DNA of 64,000 bases from Marsupella aquatica (Eukaryota; Plantae; Marchantiophyta): positions 23,324,558 through 23,388,557 of the forward strand of contig OZ316895.1 in NCBI GenBank assembly GCA_973895155.1, read 5' to 3'. Numbering within the stretch: position 1 is the stretch's first letter; each line of letters begins with the position of its first letter. The notes under the pieces were generated by a model. The model searched no databases. It saw only the letters and a list, made by a program, of their open reading frames with translations, and was not told the origin of the DNA. Of the stretch, positions 26,112 to 37,066 are shown in pieces. A program made the translations under genes and the position numbers.

Positions 26112-27809
26112 CGTTATCAGCACGAGGTCTCAGCCAGCGGAACCGAAAAGAAGAAAGAGAAGACCATGGAGAATTGAATTTTTTTTAAAAATGCCGAATG
26201 GAAGATAAAGCGTGATAAGAGATGGAGCACACGGGTCTCGTTTTTCCTTAGGAAAGCGAACCAAAGGAAGAGCGAATAAGAACTTTTCGAAAACAGAAAG
26301 GAACCTGGAAAACTTCAATCTGGCCTCAGACGATCAAGAGAAGAAGGTCGAAAGCAGCAAATGTGATATAGAAACGAGAGATTGAGGCGCAATCTGAAAT
26401 TACCATGATTTGAAGGCCGAGCCATGACGGAACGATCTCATAAGGACATCGAAGATCACTTAAGGAGGCAGAAGAGCAGAGCCTAGACATACACGGCAGC
26501 CCACCACGAAATCTAAATAGAGACGAAAAGCAGACCCGGGGAGATTCCCATAAGAAACGACAAAGGGCAATCGGGAAGAACCCTCAAACAGTATAATGAT
26601 ATGAAGAAGGCCACAATCTGAGACGAAATTGATCAAGACAAGTTCAAAAGAAGGCGAACGTGGAGACAGCATTATCATAGAGTGGCTACAAAGATCACCG
26701 AAAGGAATCGAGAGACGAAAACAATAAGGACACTGAGAGCACACAGCAGAAGGAAAGAAAGGCAGCAAAGGCCGCCTCATATTTTCTTGGAGAATTCGTC
26801 ATTTTTTTTGGTCGAAGGTGGAATGGTGATTTTTGAAGTGCAGCGGAGTGCAAGATCAGAGGATCGTGAAGCGAAGAGTGCGCATTGACTCAAAAGCACG
26901 AAACAAAAAGGAGGAAAGCAAGGCAGAAAAGGTGTGAAAAACGAAACGATCGAAGCAGGAAGAGAAGGACATCGCAGGATCCATAGGGACGAAACCGAAA
27001 ACAAATTGAACTCGTTGAAGGGCAGAAAAATCGAGAGGAAGAGAACTCGAAGTTGAAGCGGAGGCAATGAGATACGAAAAGGTGAGAGAGAGGTAGCCAC
27101 CGCCTCAATCCCCATAAGGACACCACGGATAAGAAAGCCAGGTAAAGCCGAGGCAAAAGAAAACAGCAAAACTCACTGAAAGGAATCGAAGAACAGAGCC
27201 CTGGATCGAGTGATCGGTGAAAGAAGGCCACAAGTAAAAAGGAGATTTGAAGGTCACACGAAGAGGCGTGAAGGGGGCCACCAAGAGGTGTCAAATTGAG
27301 CAACATTGCAAGGAAGGATGACAAGGGAAAACCGATAAGCAAACCTCCCTCCTTGACTACACAGTTTTTACAAAGTCATTTCCTGCACACCAAGCAATCC
27401 ATGCACTTAACCAAAATAAGAGCACATAACCGAAAAACCTCCAGAACTGCACACCGTAACAAAGAAAATTAACCTTACAAAGACACATGTGCACTTAACC
27501 AGGGCACGACTAAAAAATCACCCATAAATGCAACCCTAAGTGCACAACCGGATAACTGCACAATTTCACAAAGGAAATAGCGATTACAAAGGAAACCTTG
27601 CAGTTATACATTTACAAAGAAACCCAACTTAATAAGTGTAAACCCTAAATTCTGCAAAAACCCAAACATTCTCGCTTTACTCGCCCACGAATTAGATAGC
27701 CCTCCTCAACCCTTTCTCCACCATTGCATGCGGCAAATGTGCATTGTCTTTTGACTATATATATTATATATAAACACGCACACCACCGTTGCACGCCAGG
27801 ACCTTAGAG

Positions 27810-30800
27810 ATGACCAACCTTGAGAAACTCACCTTCCCCGCCCTAGAAATAGATGGCGGCAACTACCTAGAATGGTCCATGAACCTAAAAGAAAACCTAA
27901 CCTCGCTAACCCTACTCCCTGCGATAGGGCTCGCTCAACCCATCCTTGCTAGCGAACCACAACCAGACCCATTAACTAAAGCCAACGAATCTAAGGCTCT
28001 AGTATTCCTGAGACGCCATATCCATAGATTCCTACAAAGACAATACATGCACCTCTCAACCCCCCGTGAACTTTGGACAGCGCTCCAAACCTGATTCGAC
28101 CACCAAAAACTGGTCGAACTGCCTAAAGCCAGGCAAGACTGGCTAAACCTACGAGTCTAGGACTTTACCTCTATTTCAGCCTACAATAGCGAACTCTTTA
28201 GAATAACCTCAACTCTCGCACTATGTGGCGAGCCGGTCACAGACACGGATCTGCTAGAGAAGACCTTGTCGACATTTCATTCATCGAATGTGTGGCTATC
28301 AACACAGTATCGAAACATGAAGTTCGGGCAATACTCCGAGCTCATAGCCCACCTCCTAGTCACTGAAAGAAACCAAGAACTTCTTTTCGTAAACTCTAGA
28401 AAACGACCTGCGGGCACAATGCCCTCAGGACAACAGAATGAAACCCATAACATAGAAAATGATGAACCCTCCACATCGAGGCAAGGCATTAAACGCACTA
28501 AGAATAGCAACCGGAGAAACACCCACAACAGGGGGAGTTTCTATAACCAACGTCCACAATATAACTCCCAATGAACTTTTCGAGGACGTGGAGGACGAGG
28601 CGGACGTAGCGGACGCGGAGGACGCGGCGGTGGAAGAACATATAACAACAACCGCCGAAATGATTGGTCACAATCCCGACCACAACGGGAACGCCCAAAA
28701 TGCCATGCATGTGGCATGACCAACCACCTAGCCAGAAACTGTAGAATCCCACAACACCTTAAAGAGCTATATCAACGATCCCTCAGGGACGGACAAATCT
28801 CTAGGGCACCACCCCATGAAACCCACGGGGCGTTTATGGAGTCTAGCGACCCATTCCAAGACTTTACAGATCTGCCTGCCCAACCAGAGGCACACTTAGT
28901 GGCAAGTAGCCCCACTACACCAGATTTAAATAGTCCAAGCACATGTATTATTGATAGTGCGACCACGCATACTATCCTCCGGGATAGGCACCTTAGAATC
29001 TGCCATTTTTGCCCATAGAATCTGCCATTTTCGCCCCGAACGCAACTCGTAATCTCCTCAGTTTCAGAGATATACGAGCAAATGGACTACACGTCCAAAC
29101 AGGCGATACAAGAGACCAAGAGGTCATCCACTTGGTTGAAAATACCCCTACGGGGAAAATCATTAAAGAAACCCTTTTCTCGTATCCTTGCGGGTTTTAT
29201 GTAACTCATATAGAATGTCTGCATAACAATGTCAACACAAGTGAATTGCATGCGCTCTGGCATGCACGCCTCGGCCACCCCGGCCAATCAATGCTAACCA
29301 AAATAACTAAGAATTCAAGTGGCATTCCAATCAATACACGCCACATTCAAGCTAGCACCCCATGCACTGCATGCTCACGCGGCAAACTAATAACAAGGCC
29401 CACGACATCAAAATTGCCAACCAACATACCCAAATTCTTGGAAATAATCCATGCCGATGTTTGCGGGCCAATTAACCCACCGAGCGGACCATTCCGCTAC
29501 TTTATGGTATTAATCGACGCATCAACTAAATGGTCAAATGTGACACTGCTTTCAACGAGGAACATGGTTATGCCTCGCATTTTGGCGCAAATCTTGCACG
29601 TGAAAGCACAATTCCCAGATCACCCCATTAAGACACTAAGGGTGGACAATGCAGGGGAATTCACATCCGAAACATTTGATGACTTTTGTACATCACTTGG
29701 CATCGACATACAATATCCTATACCTCACGTGCATTTTCAGAACGGATTAGCCGAAGCGGTCATTAAACGCCTTCAGTTAATCGCACGCCCATTACTAATG
29801 CAGTCAAAACTCCCCGTCTCAGCATGGGGACATGCCATATTACAGGCTAATGCATTAATCCAATACCGCCCATCGGCTTTTAACACCTATAGCCCATACC
29901 AAATTGCTAATGGTATAAAACCTGACTTATCCCACCTTCGTTCATTTGGATGTCAAGTAATGGTCCCCATTACTCCACCCAAACAAACCAAGATGGGACC
30001 CCAACGACAGTTGGGGATATACATCGGATTCGACTCACCGTCCATAATCCGATATATGGAGCCTACAACTGACAACATTTTTAAAGCCAAATTTCTAGAT
30101 TGCCATTTTGACGAACACATTTACCCACCATTAATAACCCCTGAACACCCACAACCACCTTTGGAGTGGGAAAGACATTCGCCATTTTGGCAAGACCTTA
30201 GAACGAATCAAGGTGAGAAAGAAGTTCAACGAATTTTGCAACTCCACAAGATTGTGGAAGAACTTCCTGACGCTTTCGTTGACACATCACAATTTACCCG
30301 CTCACATATTCTAGCTGCGAGAGCATCTGCTCGCATCGAATTATCAAGTGAGCCAGCAAGTACATCCCAACCTCGTGCAAAACGAGGTAGACCCTTGGGA
30401 TCAAAAGATAAACAACCACGAAGGCGTGGTTCATCTATACCATCTTCACCTGATGTCGATCATACCGAATCTACATCCCATGAAGAGATCTCTATCCACT
30501 ACGCACACACAGGTGCGATGTGGGATAGAAATACTACTTCAATAGATGATGCTTTTGCATTAATGGTGGCAACACATATCACTGACGATACACCCGAACC
30601 AATATCTATCTTAGAATGCCAAAACAGACCAGATTGGCCTGAATGGCAAAAAGCTATAAATGGAGAATTAGATTCCCTACTCAGCAGACACACTTTTGGC
30701 CCAGTCGAGCCAACACCGCAAGACGTACACCTAATGGCTACAAGTGGACATTTATCCGCAAAAGAAATAATAAAGGCCAAGTTGTACGCTATAAAGCACG

Positions 30801-32355
30801 TCTGGTAGGGAAAGGATTTACACAACAACCGGGAATTCATTACGATGAAACTTACTCACCGGTTATGGATAGCACAACATTTCGATATCTTATCGGATTT
30901 GCCATTTTCCATCAACTACAGATGCGACAACTGGATGTTGCAACTGCATATTTATATGGCACTTTAGACACTTGTCTATACATGCGATCACTTCCTGAGT
31001 TGGAGCAACGACACCGAGCTTTAGCTCAAGGCGCTAAATCGCATATCCCATATTTACATAAGATTATAACACAATTATCTCAAGTTACACCTCATGTGTC
31101 ATCTACACATGTAACTCATAATAACGACACCGCTGTGTCAACCGTACGGAATACTCGCCGCGGACTAGCTATCCGCGTGTTGAAGGCATTATATGGCCTG
31201 AAACAAAGTGGCAGAGTATGGTATCAAAGATTTACTGATGAAATGATTGCCATGGGTTTTTCCCATCATGCCATTACACCATGTTTATTTATTAAACATG
31301 TGGATGATGAATATGTCATCGTTTCTATTTATGTTGATGACTTAAATATATTTGGGACACCCCAACTTACAGAAAATATTATTACCAGTCTTAAATCAAC
31401 ATTTGAGATGAAAGACCTTGGACATACAAACTTTTGCTTAGGCTTACAATTGGAGATCTTACCTACTGGCATGATACTCCACCAAACCACACAAACCGAA
31501 AAGATCCTAAAATAGTTCAATATGAACCTAGCACACCCATTGACGTCACCAATGGTAGTACGTTCATTAGAAAACAATACTGACATTTTTCGCAAGCGCG
31601 AGGAACATGAACCAATATTAGGACCAGAAACTCCTTATCTTTCTGCAATAGGAGCATTAATGTACCTAGCAAATCAGACTAGACCAGACATTGCATTTGC
31701 AGTTAACTTACTAGCCAGACATAGTGCAACTCCCACAGCCAGACACTGGAATGGAGTTAAGCACGTATTTAGATATCTACGTGAAACCACCGATACCGGG
31801 TTATTTTACCCATTCGGTGCAAACCACGAGCTCATAGGATACGCGGATGTCGGATATCTCTCCGACACTGACACTGCAAAATCCCAAACTGGATATGTTT
31901 TTACCATAGGGGGTACCGCTTTTTCTTGGAAAAGCGTGAAACAGACCCTAACAGCAACCTCATCGAATCACTCATAAATCTTAGCTCTACATGAGACTAG
32001 TCGTGAAGCCGTTTGGTTACGATCCTTTATAAATCACATCAACACCAAATGCGGCCTACCACCACTAACGAAGCCTACTAACATTTTTGAGGATAACGTA
32101 ACATGTATACAGCAGATCACAAAAGGATTCATCAAAGGCGATCGCATGAAGCATATAGCTCCGAAGTTTTTCTACACCCACGAATTACATGAAAAAGAGA
32201 TCAACATTTTGCAGATTTCAAGTGCAGACAACTATGCGGATCTCTTCACCAAATCACTATCGCCATCAGTTCATCACCGACACTGCCAGGCGATTGGACT
32301 GCGGAGTGTGCGACGCATGATGACCGCGGAGACTACTGCTCCACATGATACCTGA
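27810..32355 (+). pseudogene. Disrupted gag-pol polyprotein of the copia element
   Basis: Gag start MTNLEKLTFPALEIDGGNYLEW (Bianca-like); zinc knuckle CHACGMTNHLARNC; protease IIDSATTH; integrase LWHARLGH...CTAC, HADVCGP, LRVDNAGEF, QNGLAE; RT YKARLVGKGF, LYGLKQSGR, IYVDDL; RNaseH GYAD...KHI...ADLFTK. In-frame stops at ~28092, ~28157, ~28572, ~31513, ~31975; frameshifts near 29010 and ~30730. Confidence 0.92.
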
Positions 32356-32683
32356 TGATGCTGACGACATGATGCTTATGATATGCTGCTGACGACCAAC
32401 TGATGAAACAGATGTTAAAGCTAGATTTACTATAGCATCTAACTTTATACACTATTGACATTTATTACGACGAGGACTGTTAGGCTGCACTCTTTTTCCT
32501 TTAACACTCATATTTTCTCTGCTACATTGGTAGAGTTTTTTCTAAGCTAGAGTTGATAAAGGTTTTTTAACAAGACAGTCTACCTTGATTGTACTTATAT
32601 CATGTATTTCCTATGAACATGATATAATAGGTATAGTCTATGTTATCTATATAATTGTCACGTACTATATATCCAAAGGGGAG

Positions 32684-32789
32684 TGTTAGACTCTACCTTT
32701 GACCGCACTCCGGGACCAGCCGGTCACCCTGGTCCCACTATATGTACTCCTATTCAAGACTATACACATGTTCCATTCATATTCTCACA
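32684..32789 (+). repeat. 3' LTR (106 bp)
   Basis: Preceded by a polypurine tract; TG...CA; matches the 5' LTR. Confidence 0.92.
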
Positions 32790-33297
32790 AATACACTTTT
32801 GCATTAGTTCGAAAAGTTCATTATGATGTACAGCCCAATGCTGACGATTGTTGATCCATCGTACATCCCAATGTAAGTGGCATCTGGGGTGTCGGCTGGT
32901 ATCGTCCCATTTGGCCTAACCTTGCACTGTCTCGAGGGTTTCTGAGTTTTCTCTTTGTTTATAATAAATCATTTAGATTAAGATCTTTCCAAAGAAAAAG
33001 AAAAAGAGAAACAAAAAACAAGCACGATCTCGCCCTTCCGCTAAAACGAGCCAAGCTTTTCCTCTTGTCTCGATCCGTGTCTCGATTGACACGATGAAAG
33101 AACTCGCTGCACTTCCAAAGTGTTAGATCGATCGCAACTCTGGAACTAATACTGTAGTTTCGAGTGCATTCCATGCAGAATTGGTTCTTACTGAAAGACA
33201 CGTACATTAGAAAATCCGTGATTGTCATATATACTTCCCTTTGCACTGTCTTCTGAACGTTGCAGTTGCTTGAAATTAATGCTGCCAATAGTCTCGA

Positions 33298-33417
33298 ATA
33301 CGGCAATTGCATCGAGAGTAGCATATGGGACTCTGACCTGAAACGTCGGAGTTGGGCATACGGGAATTGCATCAAGAGTAGCATATGGGACTCGGACTTG
33401 AAACGTCGGAGTTGGGC
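33298..33417 (+). repeat. 60-bp tandem duplication spanning the MFS start codon; creates a uORF (33325-33336, MGL*)
   Basis: atacgg(c/g)aattgcatc(g/a)agagtagcatATGggactc(t/g)gac(c/t)tgaaacgtcggagttgggc occurs twice. The first copy has TGA where the second has GGA. Confidence 0.85.
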
Positions 33418-34794
33418 GCTCAGACTACGGTCCAGCAAAGCACATCAGAAGGCGAATCCCAGCTGCCTCAATCCTCACCGGAGAAATGGAACCTCGGAGC
33501 TCTCGAGTCTGGCCCAGATGGCGACGGAGAAAAGGAGAATAATTGGGCTGCTGGAACTCCACCTTCGCCCGAGAAAGATGAGACGACCACGTACCCGGAA
33601 GGGGGCGTGCGCGCATGGGTCGTCGTCCTCGGTTCATGGTGTGGAATTTTCGCTTCTCTGGGTACGGCGAGCACCTTCGGGTCCTTCCAGTCGTATTTCA
33701 TCACGCACCAGCTCTCCTCGTACAACCCCGGGGCGGTAGGCTGGATTTTCAGCCTGTATGCGTTCCTAGCTTTCGCAGGCGGCATTTTTGTTGGGCCAAT
33801 TTTCGATTCGTATGGACCAACGTGGCTCATCCTGGCGGGGAGCGTTGGAGTGTGCTCGTGCATGTTCCTCATAGGGCTTTGCAGACAGTACTGGCAATTT
33901 CTGGTTGTGTTCGGATTCTTGGGAGGCGGGGGTTCGTGTCTCATCTACACCCCCTCGGTTGCAGCTATTGGTCATTACTTCAGGAGAACTCGTGGAAATG
34001 CAATTGGCATTGCATTATCGAGCAGTGCGATTGGAGGCGTGCTCCTTCCTATACTGCTTGAGAAATTAATTCCCAGAGTGGGCTTTGCGTGGAGCACCCG
34101 GATAATCGGCTGCATCTACGTCTGCGTCTGCGTGATTGCCTGCATTCTCGTGCGCTCGCGTCTTCCACGGGCGAAGGACGCGAATGCCTGGCCCGATTAT
34201 AGAATTTTCATGGAGCCGGCTTTTGCCATTACTGTGCTCGCTGTTTATCTGCTTCAGTGGGCGTACTACATTCCTCTTGCCTACATCAGCTCCTACGCGC
34301 TTCACCAGGGCTTCTCCTCCGCCTTCGCTTCTCAGGTCCTCGTGTTGCTGAACTTGGGCTCCATCTTCGGGCGCTGGCTTCCGGGCTTAACTGGTGATAT
34401 AATTGGGCATTACAATAGCGTCATCATCATGACGTTACTCATCATCGCCTCTGTCTTTGGGATCTGGCTACCTTTGGGACAAACGAAAGCAGGACTTGTA
34501 GGCTTTACTGTCACTTTTGGGTTTTCTTCCGGGAGCATCCTTACTCTGACTGCGGCTTGCATTGGGCAGCTGTGCCAGACGAAGAACTATGGACGCTATT
34601 ATGCTACTGCATATACAGTTGCCTCTGTAGGATATTTGACTGGAATTCCGATAGGTGGGGAGCTCGTGGGCATGAGTCACGGAGATTACATGAGCTTGAT
34701 CTACTTCGTTGGAGTTTGCTATGTGGGCGCAGTGCTAGCGCTTGTCGTCGTGAGGATTTTGCAGACGGGGTGGACGATATTGGTGGCTTATTGA
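33385..34794 (+). CDS. Intronless MFS transporter, monocarboxylate-porter/fungal Mch-like family, 469 aa
   Basis: Uninterrupted ORF with ~12 hydrophobic segments. Signature YPEGGVRAWVVVLGSW, FGSFQSYF...QLSSY, IFDSYGP, IGHYFRRTRGNAIGIA, GFAWSTRIIG, GRWLPGLTGDIIG, YGRYYATAY, typical of fungal MCT-like (Mch) permeases. Confidence 0.88.
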   Translation: MGLGLETSELGAQTTVQQSTSEGESQLPQSSPEKWNLGALESGPDGDGEKENNWAAGTPPSPEKDETTTYPEGGVRAWVVVLGSWCGIFASLGTASTFGSFQSYFITHQLSSYNPGAVGWIFSLYAFLAFAGGIFVGPIFDSYGPTWLILAGSVGVCSCMFLIGLCRQYWQFLVVFGFLGGGGSCLIYTPSVAAIGHYFRRTRGNAIGIALSSSAIGGVLLPILLEKLIPRVGFAWSTRIIGCIYVCVCVIACILVRSRLPRAKDANAWPDYRIFMEPAFAITVLAVYLLQWAYYIPLAYISSYALHQGFSSAFASQVLVLLNLGSIFGRWLPGLTGDIIGHYNSVIIMTLLIIASVFGIWLPLGQTKAGLVGFTVTFGFSSGSILTLTAACIGQLCQTKNYGRYYATAYTVASVGYLTGIPIGGELVGMSHGDYMSLIYFVGVCYVGAVLALVVVRILQTGWTILVAY

Positions 34795-36015
34795 TCGAGG
34801 GAAGAGAAGTGTCACTTGAGATCTTTGCCTTCTCAGGCGCCACGTTGTTTATCATTCCGGGTAAGTCTGATCAATACATACGATCTGATTGTTTTCATGT
34901 ATCGGATTTTGTTACAGATAACTAAGCATTCCTAACGCCCTTGTCAATCGCTGGAAACATGGTACAAGGTGCGGTCAGTTATCTGAGTGTCGTACTTGAA
35001 AGATTGCAATTCCTAGTCAGGTTATGAATTTCATTTCAGGTACTGGTTGAGGCTCATATGTAAATGTTCGGTGCAGAAGCTGTCTGCAGAATTATTATGG
35101 GTCTCATTAAACAAGTGCCAAGCTAGAGCCTCGGCTAGGCTAGAGCTTGGTGAATTGACTGCATCCACAAATTGTGAGCGGGCACCGGAACGATGAGGGA
35201 GCTACTGTAGGACAGCCACGGATTCTGTGGCAATTTCTAAATTAGGCCGGCGATCTCAAACAGTGATCTCAAGTGAAAAGAATGAGCTTAAAACGACACA
35301 ATCACGATTGCGATCTGTGTCGGTACGTCATCTTTTGTTTTCCTAGATATTCGAATTGAATTTTACTCTGGCTTCTCATTGGCGCTGTACTGTTCCTGGA
35401 TTCATTGTCTCAACTCATCATATAACACGCACCTGGAGATATTGACTCCATGAACAACTCCCGGATTTGATGGCCATCCGGGGACGAAGTTTGAAAGATA
35501 CCCCTCGACTCCTTACATCCTTTCTACAGGGGCGTCTGCCTTAGTTTGGTGGAAAAACTATGATTGGCCGTTCTCGAGAGATGTCTGACAATACGACAAC
35601 AGGCTGAATTACCTAGTGCTGGACTGGGTTGGAGCATTCTCTGCCTAGCTTGCCAAGTTGTAGGGCGAAGTAGGCATCCATCTCCTGAGTGAGCCTTTGA
35701 CATCGAGCGCCTGCTACACATTGCGAGCAGCGATTCTCCTCGTTAATGTACCCAGTCTAAACCAGGTTCTCAGTAATTACCTAAATCAAGGTCAAAAGAC
35801 TAAACTCGCTTAGTGCCCTCAAAGACCCACAATCGTTGGTTAGTACTGTTTATATCCTCTGGAAGCCAGAGACAGAGATTGCCACTTGCTGAGGACATAA
35901 AGACTTAAGCCCTGGGATCAACGAAACCAGAAATTTCCCGTTCCTGGGGAGATCAAAACTATGTGTCGGTAACCAACTGGGATGAGCCTAGCACCGAGAG
36001 AGGTCCCAGAATCAA

Positions 36016-36550
36016 TCCCCTCTTCACATGCAATGGTTGTGGAGGGTGAGTATGTGTGTGTGGGTGTAGTGATGGGAGTACTGGTTGTAATCCCCTCTCC
36101 ACATGGTCAAGGGTTGTGGATGTGGAGGGTGTGAGTGTGTGTGTGGGTGTAGTGATGGGAGTACTAGGCCCTGGCTAGTCCACAAATGTCTCTCTCCCTC
36201 CTGGTCCTGGGTATGACCCCCTTACAGAGGTGCATGCTCCAGAGTTGGTTTCTTCTCAGCCCTAGCTGGTCTGCTGTGAGCTCTGATCCAACCCTCTCTC
36301 TCAGTCCTGGTCCCTGTATGACCCCCCTTGTGGGATTCCCTCCTGGTCCTGGGTATGACCCCCCCTTGTGGGATACCCTAGAGAGGTCCCCTTGTGGGAT
36401 ACCCTAGAGAGGTGCATGCTCCAGAGTTGGTTTCTTCTCAGCCCTAGCTGGTCTGCTGTGAGCTCTGATCCAAACCTCTCTCTCCGCCCTGGTCCTGGTA
36501 TGACCCCCCTTGTGGGATACTTTACAAAGGTGCACATGCTCCAGAGTTGA
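36016..36550. repeat. Composite local repeats (two ~70-bp GT-rich units, then 2-3 nested units)
   Basis: gtggagggtg...gtgtgtgtgggtgtagtgatgggagtact x2; agaggtgcatgctccagagttggtttcttctcagccctagctggtctgctgtgagctctgatcca x2; cctggtcctgg(g)tatgaccccc x4; ccccttgtgggataccctagagaggt x2. Confidence 0.75.
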
Positions 36551-36892
36551 TCATCTATCCTGTTGGATGGGTTTGGATGGGTCGGCTTTGGGTTTTAAGG
36601 CAAAACAAAACAAAACTATATGTTAGTGGATCGACCTGTCCGTCGATCCCAACTGCTCCTTCAAACTTGCTTTCTTGGACTTTTGGAAAGACCTTTTTGC
36701 ATCCTTTCATGCAACAGCATTCTCTGCCGCACTCTGTCTCACATTCGTCGAGCAGACCAACAATGCAATCACCTTTCAGAAGGAACTGACCAGTCTGGTG
36801 GTAGTAAGACCATGGTCTCCACTCTCAGGAACCAAATTTGTTTATGGCCGTACAGTTTACGTCAGCTGATTGGCGGAGTTTAGTTAGACCCT

Positions 36893-37066
36893 GAGTTCTG
36901 TCGAAACCCTCAAGATTCAATTGAAAGTGAGAAGACTGTAGATATGTCTTATCGCTCCAGACTTGGGAAGGAATTTTGGAGTTCTGTCGAAACCCTCAAG
37001 ATTCAATTGAAAGTGAGAAGACTGTAGATATGTCTTATCGCTCCAGACTTGGGAAGGAATTTTGGA
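36893..37066. repeat. Near-perfect 86-bp tandem duplication
   Basis: gagttctgtcgaaaccctcaag...gggaaggaattttg starts at 36893 and again at 36979. Confidence 0.9.

Larger units (their letters stand above)
26002..32789 (+). mobile_element. Full-length, decayed Ty1/copia LTR retrotransposon, Bianca-like lineage
   Basis: LTRs 26002-26111 and 32684-32789 (tgttagactc...attctcaca). PBS cgttatcagcacga at 26112; PPT aaaggggag at 32675-32683; TSD gatac/aatac. Domain order gag-PR-INT-RT-RNaseH. Confidence 0.95.

Noticed and set aside
26130-27342. Hydrophobic minus-strand ORFs (106-150 aa) in the copia leader that could suggest an antisense or env-like gene
   Set aside because: Explained by the purine-rich plus strand giving Phe/Leu/Ser-rich antisense frames; the ORFs overlap in several frames and show no motif.
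32959-34925. Several overlapping and antisense ORFs around the MFS gene
   Set aside because: Shadow frames of the GC-rich MFS CDS and its 60-bp duplication.
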